Assembly (NCBI GenBank): GCA_020629755.1 | Contig: JAHDCS010000004.1 | Span: 5,588 to 69,587, forward strand | DNA length: 64,000 nucleotides | Direction: 5' to 3' | DNA from: Flavobacteriales bacterium | GTDB lineage: Bacteria > Bacteroidota > Bacteroidia > Flavobacteriales_G > JALEGO01 | Position numbers and translations under genes: made by a program | Part shown: in pieces, positions 50,501 through 58,998 of the stretch | Layout of the letters: each line of letters begins with the position of its first letter | Position numbering within the stretch: position 1 is the first letter of the stretch | Notes under the pieces: model-generated | Seen by the model: the letters and a program-made list of their open reading frames with translations, nothing else | Told to the model about the DNA's origin: nothing | Database searches by the model: none

Positions 50501-50590
50501 ATAGGTTTTTACTAGTGTATAGGTTTTTCCAGATCCGGCAGAAGAGTAATATACAGTTAATGGTTTATGGCTTGCCACGTTACAAAACAA
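47555..50590 (-). CDS. UvrD/Rep superfamily-1 helicase fused to a RecB-type PD-(D/E)XK nuclease (AddA/RecB-like)
   Basis: Helicase motifs SAGSGKTYTL, DEFQDTS, GDPKQAIYRFRGG, NYRS, TIHKSKGLE and YVAFTRA are present. The C-terminal nuclease motifs are VHDLL, ILDFKTGK and QVIHYVNA. The exact start is uncertain (TTG 50590 or GTG 50578). Confidence 0.8.
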   Translation of the reverse strand: MFCNVASHKPLTVYYSSAGSGKTYTLVKTYLKYALKNQHAANYKHILAITFTNKATQEMLERILSALKKLANKEKSDLSIQLIDALAIDHTTLFARAQKVLEHMLYNFSDISILTIDKFIYRIAKSFSFELGISLQHQIELDSRKICEKATTQLLEEYSKDESLTHVIDRFCESVFTQNESWKIEQKIQALSLLLLEEKSWANLSKEMPWISEYKTVEKKINSTLIEFERRFFTLCSALKKKLYPLNFELFKGGKTQSIKAYANRYYFGKKILLEFSKIYPSKSLIKQYDSGSFFKKDHPENKDCLSFFEEITAFLDEHFEPYVLSRLSLKTIYPFLMLSALQQKISHLYEKLNVIHLSEFSKKISQIVLEEPIPFVYERVGLWYEHVLIDEFQDTSTLQWQNMWPLVEESLSKGFGNMIVGDPKQAIYRFRGGDVQNFIGLENEKKQFVSTKLLDTNYRSAKHVVEFNNAFFTYLKPFLSDHHQSIYKGLEQKVQKSVSGQVYFKKVHKNQSIQELKKQIDRLLEAHYTPSDILILTRKKAALLFIEESLRSMGYKTSSSEQLLLLENKSITLLLSFLRYISEVDNPVYCTNLFAHLNNCIDIPAKDLFSCIKDQEFRHTFIKNVVGLELQNLTGLSLYEICLSLFALPCFEHIPNVYYTAFLDVVLAYQDKKNESIPAFLDYIEDEKESLSISSETDENAIKLMTIHKSKGLESAVVILPSIEWSTQAHKDLIWTTPEHPKKSRSFSAILPKQKVLSDTRFAALYSAEEQEDFLDEVNVLYVAFTRASEVLIGFYDAPKKLAKYLTDFIENKPEFDTVKQAYTLGLLPEKKKQNTTDIPAHPPEKKIKKLSPLDYTYDYSYLKPPLEKHIEKGIVVHDLLSHIYTPKDVERVLDWYFLNHQELKNEKPVYQKIIKSIVGHSDLELFFSNTVTAHNELSFIDHNQELCRADKVVFTEKKVFILDFKTGKESKKDIAQVIHYVNAFKAMGHTNVQGLLFYIRSLSSKQVTA

Positions 50591-50676
50591 TAATAATATA
50601 CAAGGTAGAAAAATTTTCCATGAAGTCTTCGGGCTTTATAAAGCATTCATCATCCCTCCTGAAAAAAATAAAATAG

Positions 50677-50684
50677 TATATTTG
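50677..50684 (+). promoter_or_regulatory. TAnnTTTG -7 box upstream of fadD
   Basis: TATATTTG lies 23 nt upstream of the ATG at 50708. Confidence 0.35.
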
Positions 50685-50707
50685 AAAGGATTGTAAACCA
50701 CTTGATT

Positions 50708-52390
50708 ATGTCACAAAATCGCCCTTGGCTCGCCCATTACCCTGAAGGAATACCAGCAAACGTTAATGTAGATGGCTATCAGAGCTTAACACAGATGTTA
50801 AGTGAAGTTTTTCAAAAATATAGCGCACAACCCGCCTTTAGTTGCATGGGTAAAACATTGAGCTTCAAAGAAATTGATACTCTTTCTACTCAATTTGGGG
50901 CCTATTTACATCATCTTGGCCTTGAAAAAGGCGACCGTATTGCGCTGATGATGCCAAATTTATTACAATACCCTATTGCGCTTTTTGGAGCGCTAAAAGC
51001 AGGTTTAATCGTAGTGGCAACAAATCCGCTTTATACACCTAGAGAAATGAAGCATCAGTTTACAGATTCTGGGGCTAAAGCCATTGTAATTTGTGAAAAT
51101 TTTGCTTCAAATCTTCAAGAAATCATAGGAGAAACGGATATAAAACATGTGATCACCACCTCTATAGGCGAATTGTTAGGAGGCGTAAAAGGGAGCGTGG
51201 TTAACTTTATGGTGCGTAAGGTAAAGCGCATGGTGCCGGCGTATTCGATTAATAATAAAATTGAGTTTAAAACAGCACTTAAAGAAGGCAAAAAGTATTC
51301 GATTCCTCAAATGGAATTTAAACCAAATGATACCATTTTATTGCAATATACTGGCGGGACTACAGGGGTTTCTAAAGGGGCTGAATTAACCAACAGAAAC
51401 CTTTTGGCTAATATGCTACAGTTAAAGGCCATTATGGAACCTTATTTAAAGGGCAAGAGCAATGATTGCTTATGCCCCCTTCCAATGTATCATATTTTTG
51501 CACTGTCATGTAATTGCTTAACACTCATGTCTTTAGGTGGGCACAATGTGCTTGTGACCAATGCCAGAGATTTAAGCTCGGTGATTAAAGAATTTAAAAA
51601 TTATAAAATTACTTTGATGACCGGAGTTAATACCTTATTTAATGCGCTGTTAAACCACAAAGATTTTGGGTCGGTTGACTTTTCGTCTTTACGCATCACT
51701 GTTGGTGGAGGGATGGCTGTACAAGACGCAGTTGCTAATAAATGGAAAGAGGTGACTGGGTGTTTTCTATGCGAGGGATATGGCATGACAGAAGCCTCGC
51801 CAGTTGTAAGTGCTAATCCGTTTGATGGCTCCGGGATTATTGGTTCAGTAGGGATGCCTATTCCGTCAACAGATTTTAGGGTTGTAGATGAAGATGGTAA
51901 AGTATTGCCAGAAGGCGAGGTAGGTGAAATTCAGGTACATGGCCCACAGGTTATGAAAGGGTACTACAACAAGCCCGAGGAAACCAAAAAAGTATTAACC
52001 TCTGATGGGTGGCTCTCTACAGGAGATATTGGTAAAATGATTGATAGAGGTTACTATAAGATAGTTGATCGAAAAAAAGACATGATTTTGGTTTCTGGGT
52101 TTAATGTATTTCCGAACGAGGTCGAAGATGTGCTGGTAAAGCACCCAAAAATTTTAGAAGCCGCTGTGATTGGCAAACCTGATTCAAAATCAGGTGAAGT
52201 AGTGAAGGCATTTATTGTAAAAGGCGATAAATCGCTTACAGAAAAAGAAGTATCAGAGTACTGTAAAGAAAATTTCACAGGCTATAAAAAACCTAGATAT
52301 ATTGAGTTTAGAGCAGAATTACCTAAAACCAACGTGGGTAAAATATTACGAAGAACCCTAAGAGAAGAAGAAATAGCTAAAAATCAGTAA
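50708..52390 (+). CDS. fadD: Long-chain-fatty-acid--CoA ligase
   Basis: The AMP-binding motifs YTGGTTGVSKGA, GYGMTE, TGD and DRKKDMI are present, and the protein ends with GKILRR. Confidence 0.9.
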   Translation: MSQNRPWLAHYPEGIPANVNVDGYQSLTQMLSEVFQKYSAQPAFSCMGKTLSFKEIDTLSTQFGAYLHHLGLEKGDRIALMMPNLLQYPIALFGALKAGLIVVATNPLYTPREMKHQFTDSGAKAIVICENFASNLQEIIGETDIKHVITTSIGELLGGVKGSVVNFMVRKVKRMVPAYSINNKIEFKTALKEGKKYSIPQMEFKPNDTILLQYTGGTTGVSKGAELTNRNLLANMLQLKAIMEPYLKGKSNDCLCPLPMYHIFALSCNCLTLMSLGGHNVLVTNARDLSSVIKEFKNYKITLMTGVNTLFNALLNHKDFGSVDFSSLRITVGGGMAVQDAVANKWKEVTGCFLCEGYGMTEASPVVSANPFDGSGIIGSVGMPIPSTDFRVVDEDGKVLPEGEVGEIQVHGPQVMKGYYNKPEETKKVLTSDGWLSTGDIGKMIDRGYYKIVDRKKDMILVSGFNVFPNEVEDVLVKHPKILEAAVIGKPDSKSGEVVKAFIVKGDKSLTEKEVSEYCKENFTGYKKPRYIEFRAELPKTNVGKILRRTLREEEIAKNQ

Positions 52391-52409
52391 TTTTGTAAAA
52401 ACATCTTTT

Positions 52410-52613
52410 ATGAAAAAGCTACTCGTTTTCTCTACAACCATTTTTTCTCTTCTTGTATTTTCTTCTTGTCAAAAATGCAAAACCTGTACATATACTGCAC
52501 AAGACCCTACTAACCCATCTGATTCATCAAGAGTGGTTGAGGTTTGTGAGAAAGGGAGGCTTTTTGATAATGCCATTGAACGTTACGAGACTAACAATTG
52601 GGTTTGTGAATAA
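52410..52613 (+). CDS. 67-aa Cys-rich lipoprotein, unknown function
   Basis: The lipobox is VFSSC, followed by CKTC and 2 further Cys residues. Confidence 0.45.
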   Translation: MKKLLVFSTTIFSLLVFSSCQKCKTCTYTAQDPTNPSDSSRVVEVCEKGRLFDNAIERYETNNWVCE

Positions 52614-53163
52614 TTTCAGGCTTCTCTTTTGTGTTCTTTTTGTTTTTACCTTTTCTTGTAAAAAAGATAAAGCCTTAAAACAGTTTAATCTTTTTTATGA
52701 TTCACAGAATGTAGACGCTCCACTAAGAGAGCCAGGCAATCATTATTTTGGCGTGCTTTTTAATAACAACACCTTATCTGAATATACCGGACAAAGCATC
52801 AAAGAAATAGCGTTTTACACTAAAGATACCCCTGACCAAACAACATTGCGGATTTACAGAACATCTGATGATTTGCTTTTGACCGATCAGCTCTTGTATT
52901 CTGAAAATGTTGATGTAAAATCAGAAAGCTGGAATTACATTAGCTTATCCGAATCTGATTTTATTGATATTGACAACAGCTCACAAATTTTTATTTCCAT
53001 AAGAACAGCACAAACTACCTCGCAGAGCGTAATGGGCTGCGATGGTGGGCCAATTACTTCTGGGGCTAATCTCTATAGCACAGACAATGTTAATTACTAT
53101 TCTTTCATAGATTTAGAACCTGGCGTAAATGTAAACTGGAACATCAGAGCCTTTGTCGATTAG
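52606..53163 (+). CDS. Lipoprotein of unknown function
   Basis: The ORF track frame runs 52453..53163. The likely start is the GTG at 52606, giving (M)NNFRLLFCVLFVFTFSC (lipobox), or the ATG at 52570. There is an 8-nt overlap with the upstream micro-lipoprotein. Confidence 0.5.
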   Translation: MNNFRLLFCVLFVFTFSCKKDKALKQFNLFYDSQNVDAPLREPGNHYFGVLFNNNTLSEYTGQSIKEIAFYTKDTPDQTTLRIYRTSDDLLLTDQLLYSENVDVKSESWNYISLSESDFIDIDNSSQIFISIRTAQTTSQSVMGCDGGPITSGANLYSTDNVNYYSFIDLEPGVNVNWNIRAFVD

Positions 53164-53223
53164 AGTTCTTTTCAAAACCTCAATTAATATTCCTGGGTAA
53201 GAAAGAGCTTGTCTTATAGCTCC

Positions 53224-53793
53224 TTATATAGGATCTTTTAAAACATCAGACTCAAAGACATAAGCGGGAGGTATATTTTGAAATACGCGATGTTTTTTTA
53301 CATTACCGAATATTTCTTTGTACAAACCTAAAATGGTTGTAGCATAATGAATTTGTAACCACTTGCCTTTCGATTTGATATGCCGCTTGACTCCATAGAT
53401 TATTTTTTTTGCTTTTTCTCTTGAAAAGATCACAAAAGGGATGGCGCTCACTACATGGTCAATTTGCTTTATGAGGTGCCGCTCTAAAATCTGATCTATT
53501 TCTTCAACTGAGGCATTTTCTATGATTAGTCTTGGGTCATTGATGTTTTGTAAAGCTTTACAGAATTCTTTATTAAGTTCAATGGCTATAAGATTAGAAT
53601 CAGACGATATGCGGTGCAATATAGCCCTTGTGATTGCGCCATCTCCCGAGCCAAGTTCAACAACTGTGATGCTCTTATTGTAAGGGAGTAAGCTCGCTGC
53701 TTTATAGCTTAATTTTTTTCCACTTTGGGTAATGGTGCCTACTTGGCTAAAATGCAGGATACTCTTTACAAAAAATTTAAGTTTACTTAACAA
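53224..53793 (-). CDS. Class I SAM-dependent methyltransferase (phospholipid/rRNA methyltransferase-like)
   Basis: The SAM motif is VVELGSGDGAIT. I trimmed the start to the TTG at 53793 because the track ORF would overlap sdhB by 94 nt. Confidence 0.6.
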   Translation of the reverse strand: MLSKLKFFVKSILHFSQVGTITQSGKKLSYKAASLLPYNKSITVVELGSGDGAITRAILHRISSDSNLIAIELNKEFCKALQNINDPRLIIENASVEEIDQILERHLIKQIDHVVSAIPFVIFSREKAKKIIYGVKRHIKSKGKWLQIHYATTILGLYKEIFGNVKKHRVFQNIPPAYVFESDVLKDPI

Positions 53794-53801
53794 AAGTAGT
53801 A

Positions 53802-54554
53802 TTAAGATTCTTTGCTTATAGAAGCTTTCAAAAACTCTCTGTTCATTCGCGCGATGTTTTCTAAAGAAATTTCTTTGGGGCACTCCACAGCACAAGCACC
53901 TGTATTTGTACAGTTGCCAAATCCTTCTTCATCCATTTGATTCACCATGTTTAAAGCGCGTGATTTTCTTTCAGGATCGCCCTGAGGCAATAAGGCTAAT
54001 TGAGAGACTTTTGCCGACACAAAAAGCATCGCAGATGCGTTTTTGCAGCTTGCTACGCAAGCTCCGCAACCTATGCAGGTTGCGGCGTCAAAAGCCTTGT
54101 CTGCATTTTCTTTTTCAATTGGGGTGGCGTTGGCATCAATGGTGTTTCCAGAAGTATTTACCGAAACAAATCCGCCGGATTGTATGATGCGATCAAAAGC
54201 TGAGCGATCTACCACTAAATCTTTTATAACCGGAAAAGCAGTGCTGCGCCAAGGCTCAATGTATATGGTGTCGCCATCCTTAAACGAACGCATGTGTAAT
54301 TGACAAGTCGTAACGCCTCGTTTGGGCCCGTGGGCGCGTCCATTAATGTACATAGAACACATCCCGCAAATACCTTCTCTGCAGTCGTGGTCAAAAGCTA
54401 CAGGCTCTTCTCCTTTTTCGATGAGTTGTTCATTTAATACATCCATCATCTCTAAAAAAGACATATCACCATCAATACCATCAACCGGATACGTTTGAAT
54501 AGCGCCTTTGTCTTCAGGGCCTTTTTGTCTCCATATTTTAAGGGTTAATTTCAT
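53802..54554 (-). CDS. sdhB: Succinate dehydrogenase/fumarate reductase iron-sulfur subunit
   Basis: The 2Fe-2S motif is CREGICGMC. The 4Fe-4S and 3Fe-4S motifs are [11 protein letters not shown] and [12 protein letters not shown]. Confidence 0.93.
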   Translation of the reverse strand: MKLTLKIWRQKGPEDKGAIQTYPVDGIDGDMSFLEMMDVLNEQLIEKGEEPVAFDHDCREGICGMCSMYINGRAHGPKRGVTTCQLHMRSFKDGDTIYIEPWRSTAFPVIKDLVVDRSAFDRIIQSGGFVSVNTSGNTIDANATPIEKENADKAFDAATCIGCGACVASCKNASAMLFVSAKVSQLALLPQGDPERKSRALNMVNQMDEEGFGNCTNTGACAVECPKEISLENIARMNREFLKASISKES

Positions 54555-54560
54555 AAGTCT

Positions 54561-56564
54561 TTATTTATATGATCTTGTTTTTAACTCTACTTCTTTAAAC
54601 GTAAGCTCTTCTTTATGAAGTTTAGCTTTGCTGGGCACTTCATTGTATTGCCAAGCAGCCACATAGGCGTAGTTTTTATCGTCTCTAAGCGCTTCGCCTT
54701 CTTTGGTTTGGTATTCTTCTCTAAAATGCCCTCCGCAACTTTCTTTTCGATCTAAAGCATCTTTAGCAAAGAGTTCTCCAAGTTCTAAGAAGTCTGCCAC
54801 TCTACCTGCTTTGTCTAATTCAGGATTAAATCCATTTACCTCTCCAGGCACCTTTACGTTAGCCCAAAAATCTTCTCTGATTTCTGTAATTTCTGCAATG
54901 GCTTCTTTTAAGCCTTTTTCATTTCGTGCCATCCCTACTTTATCCCACATCACCTTGCCAAGCCGTTTATGAAAATGATCGACTGATTTAGTACCGTTGT
55001 TGTTAATAAGCTTTTCGATGCGCTCTTTTACGCTTTGTTCTGCCTGAGAAAAAGCCTCAGAAGTTGTATCTATAGCGCCTGTTCTAATGTCTTTTGAAAG
55101 ATAATCCCCAATGGTATAGGGCAGCACAAAATACCCGTCTGCCAAGCCTTGCATGAGAGCTGATGCACCTAATCTATTTGCGCCATGATCAGAAAAATTA
55201 GCCTCTCCACAGGCATACAACCCTTCTACATTGGTCATTAAATTATAATCCACCCATAAGCCGCCCATGGTATAGTGCACTGCTGGGTAAATCTTCATAG
55301 CGGTAAAATAGGGGTCGTCGTCTGTGATTTGCTTGTACATATCAAACAGATTGCCATATTTCGATTTCACTACTTCTCTCCCCATGTCTTTTATTTGTTG
55401 GGGGGATGGATTTTTAATGTTTTTTACATTGGCTTCAAGATTACCGTAACGCTCAATAGCAGAAGCAAAATCTAAAAAGACGGCATTGCCTGTTGAATTT
55501 ACACCAAATCCGGCATCGCAACGTTCTTTAGCTGCTCTAGAAGCTACATCTCTTGGTACAAGATTTCCGAAAGACGGATAACGCCGTTCTAAATAATAAT
55601 CTCTGTCTTCTTCAGAGATGTCTTCAGCTTTTTTAGTTTTATTAATAATGGCCTGGCAATCTTCTTTTTTCTTAGGCACCCATATCCGTCCATCGTTTCT
55701 GAGCGATTCACTCATAAGGGTTAATTTAGATTGATGCTCTCCTGATACAGGAATACAGGTCGGATGTATTTGTGTATAGCAAGGATTGGCAAAATAGGCG
55801 CCTCTTCTGTGCGCCTTCCAAGCAGCTGACACGTTTGAGCCCATGGCGTTAGTTGATAAAAAGAAGACATTTCCATATCCCCCCGAACACAACACTACTG
55901 CATGTGCTCCGTGGCGTTCGAGTTTACCTGTAATTAAATTTCGCGCAATGATTCCTCTAGCTTTACCCTCTACAGTAACCACATCCATCATTTCATGACG
56001 GTTATACATGGTGACTTTTCCTTTGGCAATTTGACGTGAGAGTGCAGAATATGCTCCTAAAAGCAATTGTTGACCGGTTTGGCCTTTCGCATAAAAAGTT
56101 CTAGATACCAATACCCCACCAAATGATCGGTTGTCTAATAACCCACCATAGTCTCTTGCAAAAGGCACGCCTTGAGCCACACATTGATCAATAATATTGG
56201 CTGAAACTTCAGCTAGTCTATAGGTATTGGATTCTCTTGATCGGTAATCACCGCCTTTAATGGTGTCGTAAAAAAGCCGAAAGGTAGAATCGCCGTCGTT
56301 TTGGTAATTTTTGGCTGCATTTATGCCGCCTTGAGCCGCAATTGAGTGCGCTCTTCTGGGCGAGTCTTGAAAACAAAACGCTTTGACATTATAGCCCATT
56401 TCAGCAAGGGATGCTGCTGCTGAGCTACCGGCAAGCCCCGTGCCAATAACGATAACGTCGATAAGTCTTTTGTTAGCTGGGTTTACAAGATTGATATCAT
56501 TCTTGTGGTTGGTCCATTGGTCTTTGAGAGCGCCTTTGGGCGTAACTGATTTTAAACTAGCCAT
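54561..56564 (-). CDS. sdhA: Succinate dehydrogenase/fumarate reductase flavoprotein subunit
   Basis: The FAD fold is [23 protein letters not shown] carries the covalent-FAD His context. HPT, HYTMGG and RLGA motifs are present. Confidence 0.93.
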   Translation of the reverse strand: MASLKSVTPKGALKDQWTNHKNDINLVNPANKRLIDVIVIGTGLAGSSAAASLAEMGYNVKAFCFQDSPRRAHSIAAQGGINAAKNYQNDGDSTFRLFYDTIKGGDYRSRESNTYRLAEVSANIIDQCVAQGVPFARDYGGLLDNRSFGGVLVSRTFYAKGQTGQQLLLGAYSALSRQIAKGKVTMYNRHEMMDVVTVEGKARGIIARNLITGKLERHGAHAVVLCSGGYGNVFFLSTNAMGSNVSAAWKAHRRGAYFANPCYTQIHPTCIPVSGEHQSKLTLMSESLRNDGRIWVPKKKEDCQAIINKTKKAEDISEEDRDYYLERRYPSFGNLVPRDVASRAAKERCDAGFGVNSTGNAVFLDFASAIERYGNLEANVKNIKNPSPQQIKDMGREVVKSKYGNLFDMYKQITDDDPYFTAMKIYPAVHYTMGGLWVDYNLMTNVEGLYACGEANFSDHGANRLGASALMQGLADGYFVLPYTIGDYLSKDIRTGAIDTTSEAFSQAEQSVKERIEKLINNNGTKSVDHFHKRLGKVMWDKVGMARNEKGLKEAIAEITEIREDFWANVKVPGEVNGFNPELDKAGRVADFLELGELFAKDALDRKESCGGHFREEYQTKEGEALRDDKNYAYVAAWQYNEVPSKAKLHKEELTFKEVELKTRSYK

Positions 56565-56567
56565 GTG

Positions 56568-57254
56568 TTAATACTTAAAGTATATGGTTAATGGAATAAT
56601 TGCAAAACCTATTGAAATAAGTATACTAAATGCTATTCCAGCAAAAGAAATAATAGAATTGTACTTTGAATGATTTAATCCTAATGATTGAAAAGCCGAG
56701 GTAAAGCCGTGTGAAAGATGCAAGCCCAGCGGCAACATACAAACCACATAAAGAATGACATACCACAATTGTTTAAAGGCATTGTATACTTCAGAGTAAA
56801 GATCTTTTACAACGGTGCCGTCTGCTAAAGTATAGGTGGGGATTTCTCTGGAATGCATGCCCGCCCAAAAGGCCCATAAATGAATGACCAAGAACACTAA
56901 AATAGCCGTGCCTAAAACGCCCATATAACGAGAGGTCCATACAGAATTAGCAGAAGGTTTGTTGTAGGCGTATTTTTCTTTTCTAGCGGCATTATTTTTA
57001 ACCGTAAGCATTATCCCATCAATGGCATGAAAGAGAATACTCGCATAGGTTAAATACGAAAGAATTTTTACAGCCGGAAAGGTGGTCATAAATAATGCAT
57101 AGGCATTAAAAGCGTCTTTTGCTTCATTTGGGGGCAATAACAACTGAAGGTTTCCGGCGAGGTGACCCACTAAAAAAATACATAAAAACAAGCCCGAGGC
57201 TGCCATCCAGTATTTCTTAGCCAAAGAAGATTTTATAAAAAAAGAATTTGCCAT
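56568..57254 (-). CDS. sdhC: Succinate dehydrogenase cytochrome b subunit (b558 family, single 5-TM anchor)
   Basis: It is 228 aa with 5 TM segments and conserved His residues (GHLAGN, FHAIDG, IHLW, LHLSHG). Confidence 0.85.
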   Translation of the reverse strand: MANSFFIKSSLAKKYWMAASGLFLCIFLVGHLAGNLQLLLPPNEAKDAFNAYALFMTTFPAVKILSYLTYASILFHAIDGIMLTVKNNAARKEKYAYNKPSANSVWTSRYMGVLGTAILVFLVIHLWAFWAGMHSREIPTYTLADGTVVKDLYSEVYNAFKQLWYVILYVVCMLPLGLHLSHGFTSAFQSLGLNHSKYNSIISFAGIAFSILISIGFAIIPLTIYFKY

Positions 57255-57396
57255 TTTACTCTATAGCTTTTGATTAAAACAAAACTACAAAGTAAATGTT
57301 CTTAGCCAAGAAGTTTTTAAGGTTTTTGAAGACCTAATAGATAGAATAAAGATTACGTAATTAGATTATCAGAGGTGTAGAAGGCAGTCAGCTTGT

Positions 57397-58194
57397 TTAT
57401 TTTTTAACAAACTGCTCTGTTTTGTTGTCGTAATTTACGTAGTAAATGCCTTTTTTAAAGCTTTGGCAATCTACGCTAGACGAATATCCTTTTTTAACAA
57501 TATTACCATATGAATCATAGATTTCATACATGGTTTCACCAGTAAACTGAAGGGTTTCTTTAATTTTAAGTTCTCTTACTGCAATTTCTTCTGAATTGTT
57601 TCTAAACCGAGCTGTTTTAGAAATATTAGGCTTTTGCGTATAATCCATTTGTTTTACACGAAACTGATTTTCGCCCGAATGTGGGGTAACTTCAAATTGG
57701 TAGGTCGATCCATTTGCACCGCCTTTACCATCTACTTCGCCAATGCGAATCCATTTGTTCCATCTAAATTGCTCTACAAGAAAAGGCAATTTGCCAGATT
57801 CATTTTTTGTGATCCATGACAGAGTATTATTAGCCACTTTGATAGACGTAATTTCAAAGGTGCTTCTTGGTTTTAATACTTCTGGGTTTAACACCTTGGG
57901 GCGGCAGTCGTCTTTGTGTTCTAAAGAGATAATCACTTTTTCACCCATATTAAGATTAAAATTTTGAAGGTCAATCTCAAAGGCACTTGAGTTTACCTCA
58001 TCGGTTGTGACTTGACCATTTATTTTTATTTCAAAGGTGCAAAAACCAACGCCAGTACCAGAAAACGGGTTCTGTACATAAACGTTTTTTCCTTGAAAAC
58101 TCCCTTCAAGAAGAATGGTTCCGGCATTAAGTGTTGAGGCTAAAAACAAAGCAACACCAACTAAAATAGACGAGTAGAAATAATTCTTTTTCAT
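57397..58194 (-). CDS. Secreted protein of unknown function with a probable T9SS type-A C-terminal sorting domain
   Basis: I prefer the ATG at 58194, which gives the signal peptide MKKNYFYSSILVGVALFLASTLNAG. The C-terminus is MYEIYDSYGNIVKKG...KKGIYYVNYDNKTEQFVKK. Confidence 0.5.
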   Translation of the reverse strand: MKKNYFYSSILVGVALFLASTLNAGTILLEGSFQGKNVYVQNPFSGTGVGFCTFEIKINGQVTTDEVNSSAFEIDLQNFNLNMGEKVIISLEHKDDCRPKVLNPEVLKPRSTFEITSIKVANNTLSWITKNESGKLPFLVEQFRWNKWIRIGEVDGKGGANGSTYQFEVTPHSGENQFRVKQMDYTQKPNISKTARFRNNSEEIAVRELKIKETLQFTGETMYEIYDSYGNIVKKGYSSSVDCQSFKKGIYYVNYDNKTEQFVKK

Positions 58195-58276
58195 GCTTTT
58201 ACATAACATAGTAAACAAATATATATAAATAGACTTTACAATGAAAGCTTCATTCAATTAGTTTTGAAAAGAACTC

Positions 58277-58588
58277 TTAAATAAGCCCTAACTCTAACTG
58301 TGCTTCTTCACTCATCATGTCTTTTTCCCAAGGGGGTTCGAAGGTAATTTCCATTTCAACCTCCGTAATTTCTTTTAATTCTTTTATAGCCAATTCTATT
58401 TTACCCGGAATAACTTCTGCTTCAGGGCAAGAGGGCGAGGTAAGTGTCATAAGCACATGCACAGATGTATCAGACTTAGAAGTGATATCGTAAATTAACC
58501 CTAATTCATAGACATCTACTGGTATCTCTGGGTCGTATACCGTTTTTATTTTTTCTATGATTCTATTTTCTAAATCTTTATCCATCAT
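58277..58588 (-). CDS. sufT: SUF-associated Fe-S assembly protein SufT (DUF59/MIP18 family)
   Basis: DPEIPVDVYELGLIY...LTSPSCP is the DUF59 signature. There is a 4-nt overlap with sufE. Confidence 0.8.
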   Translation of the reverse strand: MMDKDLENRIIEKIKTVYDPEIPVDVYELGLIYDITSKSDTSVHVLMTLTSPSCPEAEVIPGKIELAIKELKEITEVEMEITFEPPWEKDMMSEEAQLELGLI

Positions 58589-58998
58589 AGGTGTTTTTCA
58601 GCATCGCTTTTAATGCGTTGTATCATCGCCATAAGACCATTGGATCGGTTCATAGACAAATGTGCTTTTAAGCCAATTTTTTCTATAAAAAAAAGATCTG
58701 CATCTAAAATTTCCCGGGGTGCTTTTTGATTTAAAACCTTTAATAATAGCGCTACAATCCCCTTGGTAATCATGGCGTCGCTATCGGCTTTAAAATTCAT
58801 TATCCCAGCATTAAAATCAGATTTTAGCCATACTTTTGACTGACATCCTTTTACTAAAAGGTGGTCTTTTTTTTCGCGGTCTAACATCCCCCCAAATTCT
58901 TTACCCAAATCAATAATATAGCTGTATTTATCCATCCAATCGTCAAAGAGTTCAAACTCACTGATTATTTCTTCTTGTATAGCCGCAGTAAAATTCAT
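58585..58998 (-). CDS. sufE: SufE family sulfur acceptor
   Basis: VKGCQSKVWL carries the active-site Cys. The ATG at 58998 forms an ATGA overlap with the sufS stop. Confidence 0.85.
   Translation of the reverse strand: MNFTAAIQEEIISEFELFDDWMDKYSYIIDLGKEFGGMLDREKKDHLLVKGCQSKVWLKSDFNAGIMNFKADSDAMITKGIVALLLKVLNQKAPREILDADLFFIEKIGLKAHLSMNRSNGLMAMIQRIKSDAEKHL

Noticed and set aside
52453-52605. The 5' part of ORF 52453-53163 overlaps the 67-aa lipoprotein gene in another frame.
   Set aside because: The translated segment (MYFLLVKNAKPVHILHKTLL...) has no signal peptide. A lipobox-containing start exists at 52606 or 52570. A long dual-coding overlap is unlikely.
53794-53895. The track extends the methyltransferase ORF 94 nt into sdhB. 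Similar over-extended TTG/GTG starts occur at 9329, 15811, 19566, 26637, 39203, 42403, 50702, 58257, 59016 and 8038.
   Set aside because: The ORF caller takes the most upstream possible start. The internal ATG or TTG starts give proper signal peptides, conserved N-termini or classic ATGA/stop-overlap junctions.
53906-55475. Plus-strand ORFs lie antisense to sdhB and sdhA: 53906-54187, 54000-54203, 54043-54303, 54703-54972 and 55275-55475.
   Set aside because: They are antisense to highly conserved, motif-verified genes, so they are chance ORFs.
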